From the NCBI GenBank assembly GCA_040772485.1, contig JAXGYC010000010.1, forward strand, positions 384,001 to 448,000: DNA of 64,000 nucleotides, read 5' to 3'. The notes under the pieces are model-generated. The model saw only the letters and a list, made by a program, of their open reading frames with translations. It was not told where the DNA came from and ran no database searches. A program made the translations under genes and the position numbers. Shown here one piece after another: positions 31,101 to 40,398 of this stretch (position 1 is the stretch's first letter; the number at the start of each line of letters is the position of its first letter). Source of the DNA: Sedimentisphaerales bacterium (GTDB lineage Bacteria; Planctomycetota; Phycisphaerae; Sedimentisphaerales; Anaerobacaceae).

Positions 31101-31520
31101 GCGCCGTGGAGCACCTATGGCGACGTGACCGCCGAGGTCGTCTCTGCCGGGGCCATAGAAGGCGATTCCTGTCTGCACATCACGGTGAACTCTGCCGGCG
31201 CGAATTTCTGGGACGCCGGCTTGCAGCACACCGGGCATGTGTTCGAGGCAGGCAAGCAGTACACGCTTTCGGCGTTTCTGCGGTGCAGCGCCGGGACGCT
31301 GGACATCAACTTCAAGCCGGAACTGGCGGCCGATCCGTGGACGGGCTATGGCGCTCAGGTCTTCACGATGACGGACGAATGGACGGAGTTCAGCGTCACG
31401 ACTCCCGTTCTGGAAGCCAACGTCAGCCCGGCGACCATCACCTTCCACATCGGTTTCGCCGCCGCCGATTTCTGGATCGACAATGTGAGATTCTACGAAG
31501 GGCCGTACGTTGCGCCGTAG
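28155..31520 (+). CDS. Large secreted discoidin-like paralog with C-terminal CBM4/9-like domain
   Basis: Core highly similar to 24605-27388; C-terminal NLLANGGFEDG...WIDNVRF. Confidence 0.85.
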   Translation: MCRGLNHLIVVMLLLGAAVSQAQGSPYIRVAYWDASQGTAWAGDGGPVRDALAAVGYQVVNAAELKTWMDDRIADRRLSVVVMCRDVVPDTVVESVDANCTIRRYLDAGGKVVWYSDWPFYYVGTTSNSPGSNGAVQILGFNAATGPNDQNQQVTFTEMGIQWGLVTPWSSTRPTSPTVTDNLTVLALDTNGNAAGWVKHYLPGDTFRGFVRIEDHSGAPANIQNLIAVAEYAESINTASGPVPDDGATDIPRDVVLSWAAGESAATHDIYFGASFDDVNAASRANPLGVLLSQSQSGTTFDPPGVLDFGTTYYWRIDEVNGAPDNTIFKGDVWSFTAEPFAYAIANIIATTNATSDPGAGPENTINGSGLKADDQHSVDSTDMWLARPADAEPVWIQYEFDSVYKLYEMLVWNYNVQFELLLGFGIKGVTVEYSENGADWTALGDVELAQATAKSTYAANTTVDLQGVPARFVRMTVNSGYGMMPQYGLSEVRFLYIPAHPREPQPADGTIGVSPATTLSWRAGREAASHEVYLSTSKSAVTDGTALAATVATASYSPTDVEFGSRYYWKVAEVNDAEAISTWAGPVWSFVTQEYETIEGFEDYNDDIDAHTTIFDTWLDGWVNETGSTVGYLDAPFAERTIVRSGRQSMPLTYDNSGSPFYSEAERTWDTAQNWTGHGADTLVLYVRGNAPSFVETADGGILMSAIGTDIWNTTDQFRYAYKNLSGDGSVTVRVDSLVRSNEWAKAGVMIRETLEGGSKHAFMCVTPDHGTTFQRRPVAGQDSASTDVGGAAAPRWVRLTRTGNVFTAHDSMDGVTWTEAVVSPALEIQMAANVYIGLAVCSHDAAISTAAEFSNIATSGNVTGNWQTAEIGVAQPEGNAADGMYVRLEDSAGKSATVANADAAITVRPTWQEWKIPYSDLSGVNLSRIEKMVIGVGSATSPKAGGAGTVYVDDIGYGHPAPEPAYVNLLANGGFEDGVMAPWSTYGDVTAEVVSAGAIEGDSCLHITVNSAGANFWDAGLQHTGHVFEAGKQYTLSAFLRCSAGTLDINFKPELAADPWTGYGAQVFTMTDEWTEFSVTTPVLEANVSPATITFHIGFAAADFWIDNVRFYEGPYVAP

Positions 31521-31554
31521 CACGGCAGTCTGACGGCAGAAATGGAGTAGTAAT

Positions 31555-31590
31555 AGAGGGCAGGGCGACCACAGGTTGCCCTGCCCTTTT
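31555..31590 (+). terminator. Rho-independent terminator
   Basis: AGGGCAGGGCGACC-ACA-GGTTGCCCTGCCCT followed by TTT. Confidence 0.7.
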
Positions 31591-31753
31591 CCATCGCTGG
31601 GCCAACAGCATGCAGATTGCCGAGATCGAGTTGCCGCGTACGGTCGAATAACGACCAATCTCGCGGCCGAAGGTATGTCAAGGGGCCTGCACCGCCAGGG
31701 TGTGGGCCCCTTCTTCATTGTCAGGAAGAGGAAGAGGTTCTCGTGTGGACCGT

Positions 31754-33652
31754 CTATCGACCGAAGAGCAGATCGAGCAGGTCGTGCCACTGGGAGAAGT
31801 CGGGCACGACGACCTGGGCGCCGGCCTTGATCAGGCGCGTGCGCTTCTCCGGGTTCAAACCGTGACGACGAACTTCATCCGAGGCGATGCCGACGGCGAT
31901 TCCGCCGCGCTTGCGGCATTCGCGCATCTCGACGGGACCGTCTCCGACCACCGCCAGCTCGGGGCCGGACAGGTGGTTCTCGGTCATGATCCGATTGATG
32001 ACCATGCGTTTGGAGTACTTGGTGACATCGCCGACGGCGCCGTAGATGCCGCCGTTGAAGAACTCGGCGTAGCCCAGCACGTGGGATTCGCGAACCACGT
32101 CTTCCCGATCGGTCCCGCTGGCCAGATAGAGCGTGACACCGCGATTGCGCAGCGCGGCCAGGAAATCGACGGCCCCCTTGACCGTGAAATCGCTGACGTC
32201 GAGCTGGCCGCGTTCGAACCGGGCGATGCGTTGGTTCACCACCTCCATCAGGGCCCGATTGTAGATGTCCTTGTAGCCGAACTTGTCGAGGACCTTGTCG
32301 GCCGGCACGAAGTCGAACTCGCGGACCATTTCGACCAGCGCTTCCATCTGGAGAATCGTCTGGATGCCGGTCGACTGGTCGATGTATTCGAGCACGCGGC
32401 GGCGCACCTTCTCGTAGACCGACACGTCGGCGGTGCGGTACCGCTCGCCCAGAATGGCCTCGATCATCACGGGAGCCATCACCTGCTCCCAACCCTGGCG
32501 AAGCGTGCTGACGGTGCCGTCGGCGTCGAAGACCGCGTGCTTGATCCGGCCGAACGGAATCGCCTCCTCGCACAGCTCGATGTCGCTTCCTTCGAGATAC
32601 CGGGCCTTTCGCGGGTCTTCAGCCAGCTCGGGCTGATAGATGTAGTCCGGCGATTGGCCGACCACGAGGATCTCCTCGCCCGAAGCCGTGCCCGTCTGAA
32701 ACAGTTTCTGAACCGTCACCGCGGCCGCCAGATTGGCGAACTCGGCCGCTTCCGCGCAGGACACGCCCGCTCCGAGACACAACGCCAGGGCGCTCGTCAC
32801 GGTGTCGCCGGCGCCCACCGGATCGAGCTTCTTGAGCAGTTGAATCCCCGGAACCTCGTGAAGACCGTCGCGATCGACGGTGAGAATCCCTCGCGGACCT
32901 CGGGTCAGGAACACGGGCTTGTGAAACTGCTCGTACAGACGACCGGCATACGTCCGCACATCTTCCAGCGGCAGACCTTCGTCGAGGCCGACCTCGACCC
33001 CGTTGAGCATGGCCGCCTCGCGGTCGTTGGTCTTGCGATAGATGCCTTTGAACTTGCCGCCGTAGTGGCGGGAATCGAGCAGAACGACCTTCTCGGCGAA
33101 TTCGGCAAATAGCGCGTTGGCCCCGTCGATGAAACTCTCGTTGGGAATGCTGCCGGGGACCTGTTGATTGACGATCATCGCGTCGGCGGTCTCCAGGGCC
33201 CGGCGGATGCCGGCCAGCAAAGCCTCGTCGGTTGCCGAACTGCGCCTATTGAAGAATCCGAAGTCCATCCGAGGCTGCTCGCGGTCTTCCAGGTACGGCT
33301 TGGCGAACGTCACCGTGTCGTAGTTCTCGCGCTGGATCGCCAGGCTCGTCGTGTCGACGCCCAGCGCGTCCAACTGCCGCCGCAGCTCGCGGCCGTACAG
33401 GTCGTCGCCGACGGCCCCGATGACCTGGATCGCCCGGGGTTTCAACGCCGCCAGATTGGCGACGACGTTCGAGGCGCCGCCGAGCGAGTAGTAGTGCCGG
33501 GCCACCGCGTGGGCCTGGAGCCCGGTCTCGACGGAGACCTCCGACCCTTTCGGATCGAGAATCCAGTACGCGTCGAGACAGAAATCGCCGTAAACGGCGA
33601 CGGTGACGTTCCTGATACGATCCTGAATCTCACGGATGCGCTGCTCGTTCAT
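31754..33652 (-). CDS. PfkB/RfaE-like sugar kinase fused to a HAD-family phosphatase
   Basis: GDFCLDAYW, GGASNV, DPVGAGD kinase motifs; then VFDADGT, LASGT and VGDGPVE HAD motifs. Confidence 0.88.
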   Translation of the reverse strand: MNEQRIREIQDRIRNVTVAVYGDFCLDAYWILDPKGSEVSVETGLQAHAVARHYYSLGGASNVVANLAALKPRAIQVIGAVGDDLYGRELRRQLDALGVDTTSLAIQRENYDTVTFAKPYLEDREQPRMDFGFFNRRSSATDEALLAGIRRALETADAMIVNQQVPGSIPNESFIDGANALFAEFAEKVVLLDSRHYGGKFKGIYRKTNDREAAMLNGVEVGLDEGLPLEDVRTYAGRLYEQFHKPVFLTRGPRGILTVDRDGLHEVPGIQLLKKLDPVGAGDTVTSALALCLGAGVSCAEAAEFANLAAAVTVQKLFQTGTASGEEILVVGQSPDYIYQPELAEDPRKARYLEGSDIELCEEAIPFGRIKHAVFDADGTVSTLRQGWEQVMAPVMIEAILGERYRTADVSVYEKVRRRVLEYIDQSTGIQTILQMEALVEMVREFDFVPADKVLDKFGYKDIYNRALMEVVNQRIARFERGQLDVSDFTVKGAVDFLAALRNRGVTLYLASGTDREDVVRESHVLGYAEFFNGGIYGAVGDVTKYSKRMVINRIMTENHLSGPELAVVGDGPVEMRECRKRGGIAVGIASDEVRRHGLNPEKRTRLIKAGAQVVVPDFSQWHDLLDLLFGR

Positions 33653-33662
33653 CCTGCCCCTC

Positions 33663-34694
33663 TCAGAGTCCCTTGAGAATCGCCCGATACAACAGCGGAA
33701 ACGTCGCCCGCTGATCGCCCTGCACATACAACCCCCGGCCGCCAAAGGCATGCGGAATCCGCGTCACGACGCTCTTCTGATCGCGGAAGTAGTAGCCCGG
33801 CGCCGCTTCGTCGGCCATCTGGCCAGGGTCGTGGCGGCGCAGGTCGAAGTCGGCCGTCAGTATGTCACGCGGCGCCGCGCCGGCGTTGGCGGCCATCGAA
33901 ACGGCCTTGAGCAGCACCTCCGGCCCGGTTACGGCGCTGCCGATGTTGAGCACGACGCCGCCTTCGGTCAGCTTCGTGATCTCGTTGGTGTAGATCAGGA
34001 AATCGCGGCCGGAACAGCCGCCTTTCGCCTGTCCATCGAAGCTCGGGTGCTGGTCGATCACGTCGGTCCCGATCCCGACGTGCACGGTGAAGGGAACCTC
34101 GTGGCGATAGCACGCCGCCAGGACGCTCGTCTCGGGATGAGTGAACTGCTTCGGAGACCCTTCCCGCGTCACGAGAGCTAAAACCTGCTTGCGGAACACC
34201 TCGTCGCAGATCATCCGGCCGAGCGTCTCGCCGTAGCCCAGCTTCTGCTGGTTGCCCACGCTCAGCGCCATGTTGATGTAGGCGAACTCGTAGGCCATGC
34301 CGAACTGCCCTTCGCCCAGAGCGGCCGGAACGTTCTCGCTGGTCTGTCCGATCAGGGCCAGCTCGAAATCGTGAATCGTCGTGGCCGCATTGCCCGCCAC
34401 GAGCGTGACAAAGCGCCGCTCGACCAGATCGGCCAGCAGCGGGCCCAGACCGTTCTTGATCAGATGCGCGCCGGTGAAGAGAATGACCGGTTTCCTGGCC
34501 CGGCGGGCCGCGACGATGGCCTCGGCCACGGCGCGAATGTCACGCGCCGTCGGCTCGGGCACGTCGAGGTTCAGTGCGTCGAGCCCGCCCGGAAACACCA
34601 GATCGCCGAGCGTGACCTTGTTGCTGCGGCCTTCGAGCGGATACGTTGCGATCCGGCTCGAATCGAATGCCTTGTATCTGCCTTCGTACTCCAT
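33663..34694 (-). CDS. Conserved hypothetical protein, deoxyhypusine-synthase-like fold
   Basis: GAHLIKNGL, IHDFELAL.GQTSENV, HVGIGTD, NIGSAVTGPEVLLKA. Confidence 0.65.
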   Translation of the reverse strand: MEYEGRYKAFDSSRIATYPLEGRSNKVTLGDLVFPGGLDALNLDVPEPTARDIRAVAEAIVAARRARKPVILFTGAHLIKNGLGPLLADLVERRFVTLVAGNAATTIHDFELALIGQTSENVPAALGEGQFGMAYEFAYINMALSVGNQQKLGYGETLGRMICDEVFRKQVLALVTREGSPKQFTHPETSVLAACYRHEVPFTVHVGIGTDVIDQHPSFDGQAKGGCSGRDFLIYTNEITKLTEGGVVLNIGSAVTGPEVLLKAVSMAANAGAAPRDILTADFDLRRHDPGQMADEAAPGYYFRDQKSVVTRIPHAFGGRGLYVQGDQRATFPLLYRAILKGL

Positions 34695-34706
34695 CGCGTC
34701 GTCCGC

Positions 34707-35984
34707 TCAGAGGCCCGCCTGCAGCTTCTCCAGGCGTTTGATGCACTCGATCATGCAGCGAATGGTGTGGTAGTTGACTTTCCACGAGTGGCTCATGTGC
34801 GTCCAGATGGGCTGGCCCTCGCGCGTGGTCAGCGGCCACCACTCGCCCACCGGGTGATGGATCATCTTGTCGAAGACGAAGCGATGGACGTTGACGTACG
34901 CCGGCCAGTAGACCTTCGGCCCGAACCGCAGGCAGCCCTCCAGCATGCCGATCATCACCTCGGCCTGCTGCCAGAACTCCTTCTCCATGTCGTAGACGCC
35001 GCCGGCGTGCGGTCCCTCGGTGTACACGCCGCCGAACTCGGGGTCGATGCCGTTCTTCCGGCCGTGGTCCATCGCCTTCTTGATGACCTTCTCGTAGTCA
35101 TCCCAGCCGGAGCCGAGAACGTCGGTGGCGTGGGCCAGCAGCCAGGCGAACTCGACGTTGTGTCCCGCGGAGGTGTTGTCTTCGGCGTGGGCCTTCTTGC
35201 CGCCCTCGGCGAAGCGGTCCCAGCCCCAGACGATGTCGAACTTGATCTGCGGCGCGATCTTCCAGTCCGCCGTGAATTGCGGAATCCCGGTGGCGTACCT
35301 CGGGTGCAGGATGCGCTTGCGCAGCAGGTCGATGTCTTCGAGCAGGGTGCGGCGGTGGATGCTCTGCCCGGTGCATTCGAGCATGTTCGTGAAGGCTTCC
35401 ATCAGGTGCATGTGCACGTCGAGGGTCTTGCGGTCGCCCCCTTTGGGGCCGGGGCCGCACAGGTCCCAGTTGCGCTCGAACATCTCCCAGTACCCGCCGT
35501 ACGTCGTCTCGGCGCAGTACTTCTTGACGAGGTCGAACGTTTTCTCCGCATACTCCCGGCCGCGCGGGTCGCCGGTGGCCATCGTGTATTCCGCGAGCCC
35601 GTACATGGCGAAGCTCAGGCCGTAGAGGATCTTCTTGTCGATCGTCACCTCGCCCTTGCGGTTGGTCGTCCAGTAGAACCCGCCGTACTGCTGGTCCCAC
35701 ATCTTGCCGATGACAAAATCGACGCCGTGTTTGGCGTACTCGGCGCAGCGGCCGCCGCCGTAGCCGGCGCGATGGGCCGCCGACATCGAGTAGATCGTCC
35801 GCATCTGGCCCAGCATCGACTTCTCATCGGTTCCGGCGTCTTTGCCGTCCTTGTCGAAATGCGTGATGAACCCGCCGTACCGGTCGTCCTTGCACCGATT
35901 CAGCCAGAACGGCAGCAGTTCCGTCGTGAAATGCTTCTTGCACTCGTCCAGACAGCCCGAGATTTGATCGCGGTCGATACGCAT
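34707..35984 (-). CDS. AGE-family epimerase (cellobiose 2-epimerase-like)
   Basis: DDRYGGF, HMHLMEAF, GHNVEFAWL, FWQQAE, WKVNYHTIR catalytic His motifs. Confidence 0.9.
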   Translation of the reverse strand: MRIDRDQISGCLDECKKHFTTELLPFWLNRCKDDRYGGFITHFDKDGKDAGTDEKSMLGQMRTIYSMSAAHRAGYGGGRCAEYAKHGVDFVIGKMWDQQYGGFYWTTNRKGEVTIDKKILYGLSFAMYGLAEYTMATGDPRGREYAEKTFDLVKKYCAETTYGGYWEMFERNWDLCGPGPKGGDRKTLDVHMHLMEAFTNMLECTGQSIHRRTLLEDIDLLRKRILHPRYATGIPQFTADWKIAPQIKFDIVWGWDRFAEGGKKAHAEDNTSAGHNVEFAWLLAHATDVLGSGWDDYEKVIKKAMDHGRKNGIDPEFGGVYTEGPHAGGVYDMEKEFWQQAEVMIGMLEGCLRFGPKVYWPAYVNVHRFVFDKMIHHPVGEWWPLTTREGQPIWTHMSHSWKVNYHTIRCMIECIKRLEKLQAGL

Positions 35985-36395
35985 TGCTGAACCCTTTCAC
36001 CCAGTCGCCCATAGCATCCATACCCGCACGCAATCCGGGCATTCTATGCCCCCCCGCCCCACCCGTCAACAACACCTTCGACCACCGCCCGCCAAGGGCT
36101 GTGATTCGTGTTTGTAGGCGGATTCTCGCGGAGTCCAGCACCCGACTTTGTCATTCCGACCGGAGCAACGCCTTCAGCCCTGAGCGAAATCGAATGGGGC
36201 AGCGGATCCCGATGTACATCGGGATGGCTGCGAATGAGGTGCGTGCCCGGTCTCTGGCCAGATGTTTCGGCTTCGCTCAACATGACAAGCGTGAGCCTGT
36301 CGTGGAACTCGCAAGCGAGCTTCCGTCCCCCGAATTCCTTTCTCCTCCACCCGCCCCGGCGTGCGTCCCCGAGTCGCGGCCACCCCGGCCGCGGG

Positions 36396-36821
36396 CTACG
36401 AGCCGTCGGCGTCACGCCTCTCTATCGCGCCGACGAACTGCTCCCAGATTCCCCCAATGTCATCGGCCAGCGGGCGCAATTGGGCGTCGTCAAGCATGAA
36501 TCCGTAACCATGAATGAAGAAATGGCGGAAGGTCAGGTACTCATAGAGGCGGTCGGCCAGCGTTTCCGATATGAGCCCATGGTGAACGGAGGCTTCCAGC
36601 ACGTCCTTGTGCCATGTCTCCGAGTGCGCGACGCGGATACCTTTGGCCTTCAGAATCTGGTTTAGGATGTTCTCGATCCCGTTGTAGATGTTGTGGAGAA
36701 ACGTAGCCATAGCCGCCAGCTCGACAGGCGACCGAAGCTCCCTCGCCCTTGCCTCATCGAGATAACGAAGGGCTTGCTCTACGTTCTCCCTCTCAGCCGC
36801 AATCTTCCTGGTCAGATCCAC
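36396..36821 (-). CDS. HEPN (HepT-like) RNase toxin
   Basis: LHNIYNGIENI, RHFFIHGY (Rx4HxY). Confidence 0.85.
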   Translation of the reverse strand: MDLTRKIAAERENVEQALRYLDEARARELRSPVELAAMATFLHNIYNGIENILNQILKAKGIRVAHSETWHKDVLEASVHHGLISETLADRLYEYLTFRHFFIHGYGFMLDDAQLRPLADDIGGIWEQFVGAIERRDADGS

Positions 36822-37086
36822 GATAGATCCTCAATCCGCTCTCTTCGACGAGATCATTGAACAAAGACTTGCGGGATAAATCCACGAGGTCGACGGGCAG
36901 GGACAAATGCTTCACAAGGTCGCCATAGAACCGGAAGAACCGCGCCGGCTCGATCCCTTTGACCGCCAGATCCACATCGTGGGGTGTCTGAGCGGGGTCC
37001 AGAGACGAACCGAACAGGACCACCTCATCGACCTGGTATTCCCGGGCATAGTGCAGAATGATCTGTCTCTGGGCCTCGGTTATCAT
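36793..37086 (-). CDS. Minimal nucleotidyltransferase (MNT/MntA-like) antitoxin
   Basis: LFGSS...HDVDLAV...VDLVDL; overlaps the HEPN gene. Confidence 0.87.
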   Translation of the reverse strand: MITEAQRQIILHYAREYQVDEVVLFGSSLDPAQTPHDVDLAVKGIEPARFFRFYGDLVKHLSLPVDLVDLSRKSLFNDLVEESGLRIYRGSDQEDCG

Positions 37087-37447
37087 CGCATCTCTTTCTG
37101 CCGGTAATAGGCACACAGCGCAAAGCAACCAACAACCATTTTATGGTGCAATGTCGTGAGCGTCAACAGACCACCGAACGTAACGGTGTCTATTCAACCC
37201 CCCCGGCGTGCCCCCGTGGCGAGGGCGTCCCGCCCTTGCACCCCCCCTCCCCTTCACCACCCCCGCAACCCCAACCGCCCCCCAGCAACCCTCACGCCAC
37301 CAGAAGCCATCGCGAATTGAGGAAGCCGTCCGCGGAATTGCTCCCCGGAATTGCCCAACACTTCCAGGGCCTACACACTCGGCATCAGCGCCGTCCGCTG
37401 CATGCTGCTGTCAGGCGCCGTTCGAGCTACTGTCCCCCGATTCCTCA

Positions 37448-38272
37448 TCACATTTGTCGGAAGGGTATCTCCGATATCGTCACTTGGTCGGCTCGAGGAT
37501 CGGGTATCTCTCCATGCTTCGTCATCGCTGCGTGTAAGAGCCGTGCGACGTACGCCTTGGCCTCCTTTGGATGCCGGCACGGACCCACCGCGATCTTCAC
37601 CCGCTTCCAGAGCGCCCGCTCAGTGAGAGTAAACCTCAAATACGGAACGACCAGACTCCCACGACAGCGAAACTCCGGGGTGGTTTCGCTGCCAAAACCT
37701 TCTAATACAGCCGAGATGAGTCGCCACTCTTCTTCACTCTTGAAAGCCTTGTGTTTGAATCGACAGGCAAACTCTGCCGCAAATATTTCGGCATATAGCT
37801 TTAAAGAGTATCTAGGTCCCCCATCCAGAGTCCTGATGAAGCGTCGGCACAGCTTCAGCTTGTCCTTCCGTTCATACACACAACACTCCAAAGAAACTCC
37901 GTCTTGGCCAGCCGCGAATTCCTGGAGTTGGTCTGTGGGAAACCCGATGGCGTAGCCTCCATGCGGGCAATACGCCCGCCACTGGCTCAGGTCGTCGCCT
38001 TCTTTCGAGAACGAGCAAACGTACGTGGAGACGAACTTCCGAGGACCAAGCTCCTCCAGGCTCGCGATAAGTTGCTTCTTCAGGTTCGGGTCCAGCTTGG
38101 ACTTCCGGGCATTCAGGCAATCGAACAGAAGGTCTCGGCCATGGTAGACCTCACTACTGTCGTTCAATGAGAAGATATCACTGGCCCAGATCTCACGGTT
38201 CTCGACAATCCCCTTGAGTCCCTCGGCCGTCGTGTAGTGATACAGATAGTCCGGTGGTCTTTCGTCACTCAT
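37448..38272 (-). CDS. DUF2971-domain protein
   Basis: LYHYTT..GL.GI, LNDSSE, CSFS..GDDLSQWRAY, KHKAFKSEEEWR, VGP. Confidence 0.85.
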   Translation of the reverse strand: MSDERPPDYLYHYTTAEGLKGIVENREIWASDIFSLNDSSEVYHGRDLLFDCLNARKSKLDPNLKKQLIASLEELGPRKFVSTYVCSFSKEGDDLSQWRAYCPHGGYAIGFPTDQLQEFAAGQDGVSLECCVYERKDKLKLCRRFIRTLDGGPRYSLKLYAEIFAAEFACRFKHKAFKSEEEWRLISAVLEGFGSETTPEFRCRGSLVVPYLRFTLTERALWKRVKIAVGPCRHPKEAKAYVARLLHAAMTKHGEIPDPRADQVTISEIPFRQM

Positions 38273-38331
38273 TCGGCTTTGCTTCTCACTTCCAAAGAAG
38301 TTCCGCTTCGCTTCTAAATGCCCGAGGCAGA

Positions 38332-38410
38332 CAGTCTCGTAGGCTGTGCACCGCACACCACTCCCCTTTCTTCCCCTCGGAGTTCACGCACGCTTCCGAG
38401 CCCCGGAATC
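38332..38410 (-). repeat. About 80-bp leader repeat, copy 1
   Basis: CAGTCTC..TGTGC..CGCACACC...CGGAGTTCACGCACGC.TCCG.GC..CGG, shared with 39013-39090. Confidence 0.7.
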
Positions 38411-38512
38411 GTGGTTTTATCCCGAGGCGGCCGGGACCAAACAAACCAGCCAAAACGCGGACTGATCCACTCAGGCAAGGACGGCGGCGTACGGAGTACA
38501 CCCAACGCACAC

Positions 38513-38536
38513 GCGTGGGTAGAGAACCCACCCTAC
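38513..38536 (-). repeat. REP, family C
   Basis: Minus strand GTAGGGTGGGTTCTCTACCCACGC; second copy at 39236-39259. Confidence 0.75.
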
Positions 38537-39000
38537 GACTGCCCACCTAGTCCCAGCCAAGTTGTCAAATGCGGTCCCAAAACAACACCCAGGACAAAGA
38601 CAATCATTCCAGCAACGAGATTAAGCCCAAGAGCAATGATCCTCTCCTTTCCCCGGTTTCTGCCGATAGTCGCCTCAATCTGTTGAATAATCACCTTTGC
38701 CTTGTCTTCTTCAACGGCCGCAAGTTGTGAGTACTTGTCATACTCTTCCTTGAGCTGCTTCAGCTTTTCAACCCGATTGTGCAGCCCCGCCTCCAATTCC
38801 CCAATTAGCTCAGATGTCTCAGCGAGAGAGGCCTGGGCTCTGTTGATCTTCTGATCCAGATCGGTTCGAGACCTACCCAAGTCCCTGACCAAGTCGTACA
38901 GCTCCGGTCCGGGAAACAGTGGGAGCATTCGGAGCACGATGCGAGAGAGGTGGTCAAACATTCTGGGCACATCCATACGCGTTTTAGCCTTTTCGGTCAT
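38533..39000 (-). CDS. Hypothetical coiled-coil protein with C-terminal TM helix
   Basis: Heptad-rich helical region followed by IIALGLNLVAGMIVFVLGVVLG. Confidence 0.7.
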   Translation of the reverse strand: MTEKAKTRMDVPRMFDHLSRIVLRMLPLFPGPELYDLVRDLGRSRTDLDQKINRAQASLAETSELIGELEAGLHNRVEKLKQLKEEYDKYSQLAAVEEDKAKVIIQQIEATIGRNRGKERIIALGLNLVAGMIVFVLGVVLGPHLTTWLGLGGQS

Positions 39001-39012
39001 GCGCTTGCCTCG

Positions 39013-39090
39013 CAGTCTCTTCACGTGTGCCTCGCACACCGCTGCCTGTCTCCGCCCCGGAGTTCACGCACGCCTCCGGGCTTCGGGACC
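39013..39090 (-). repeat. About 80-bp leader repeat, copy 2
   Basis: Aligns with 38332-38410. Confidence 0.7.
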
Positions 39091-39328
39091 ACTGCCATTC
39101 TACAGCGAACCGAGGCTCAAGAACAGGGAAAACGCGGGCGAGGACGGGCGTGAAGCGTCGTGCGTGAAGCGTGAAGCGTTGCGGCCGGAGGCCGCGTATC
39201 TCGCCTCTCGTCGTTCGTATCTCGGCAGACTTGCCGCGTGGGTTGAGAACCCACCGTACCGCCTGCCGGGCATGGCGGGCCAGGGGTTTGTCGAGCGGAA
39301 AACAGAAATATTTTGTTGCATTTTGTAC

Positions 39329-39357
39329 TTGACGCAGATGCATGGTCGTAATACCAT
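39329..39357 (+). promoter_or_regulatory. Sigma70-like promoter with AT-rich upstream element
   Basis: TTGACG-17 nt-TACCAT. Confidence 0.55.
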
Positions 39358-39510
39358 AGATAAGCCCGTCGGGCTTCTCGTGACGCGTCGTGCGTGAAGC
39401 GTGAAACGGACGCGACGTGGCGGTCCCGAAGAAGGACCGATTCACGAGACACGGGCCACGAGGCACGGGCCACGGGTCACGAGAGACGTGCGATACGGAA
39501 GGAGAAAACG

Positions 39511-40398
39511 ATGGCCAAGCGGAAAAAGCGGGACAAGGCCAAAGCCGAGGGCGCGCGGAGCAAGAGCCGGCAGGCTCGCCAGTGGAAGCCGCCGCAGGTG
39601 CCGCCGCCGGACAGCACTGTCTGGCCGCAGCAGTATCGCGGCAAGAACTGGAAGCCGGTCTACGCGATCCTGTTCGCGGGGCGGTGCCAGTTGTGCGCGT
39701 ACTCCTGTCCCCAGTCGAAGTGGCGCCAGTTGCTGGACAAATTCCACGGCCAGTCCCGCCTGCTGCTGTGTACGAACCATCCGGACAGCCCCGGCGAGCT
39801 GCGCGAGGTCCTGCCCATCGAGACGTGCCGCAATTTCAAGCCGAAACGCTGGCGGAGATCCTGCCCCAACCCTCCGAAGCGCCGCGCCGCCGCGACAGTG
39901 GATGAGCATGACCCCGAGGTCCGCCGCATCCCGCTCGGGAAGGGGCTGTTCGCTATCGTCGATGCCGCCGACTATGAGAAGGTCAGCCAGTATCACTGGT
40001 ATGCCACAAACAACGGCGGCAAGAACGTCTATGCCGCCACCACCACCAAAGACGGCAAAACGGTCCACATGCACCGGATGCTCATGAAGCCCCGCAAAGG
40101 CTGCGTGGTCGACCACATCGACGGCAACGGTCTGAACAACCGTCGCTGCAATCTGCGGGTGTGCACGCCCGCGCAGAACCTCGCCAACAGGGCGTCGCGC
40201 GGCGGCTCGTCCCAGTTCGTGGGCGTATACCGCAGGGGAGACAAATGGGGGGCGCATGTCACGCGTCGCGGGAAGTGCTACTACGTCGGGATTTTCGATG
40301 ATGAAGTGGAGGCGGCCAAGGCGCGCGACCGCAAGGCGTACGAACTTCATGGCGAGTACGCCTATCTGAACTTCCCGGAGGAATTGCGCCGCTCGTAG
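39511..40398 (+). CDS. HNH endonuclease-AP2 domain protein with Cys-rich N-terminal domain
   Basis: AIVDAADY, MHR, VDHIDGNGLNNRRCNLR (HNH), SSQFVGV...GIFDDEVEAAKARD...YLNFP (AP2); AAGGAG RBS. Confidence 0.88.
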   Translation: MAKRKKRDKAKAEGARSKSRQARQWKPPQVPPPDSTVWPQQYRGKNWKPVYAILFAGRCQLCAYSCPQSKWRQLLDKFHGQSRLLLCTNHPDSPGELREVLPIETCRNFKPKRWRRSCPNPPKRRAAATVDEHDPEVRRIPLGKGLFAIVDAADYEKVSQYHWYATNNGGKNVYAATTTKDGKTVHMHRMLMKPRKGCVVDHIDGNGLNNRRCNLRVCTPAQNLANRASRGGSSQFVGVYRRGDKWGAHVTRRGKCYYVGIFDDEVEAAKARDRKAYELHGEYAYLNFPEELRRS

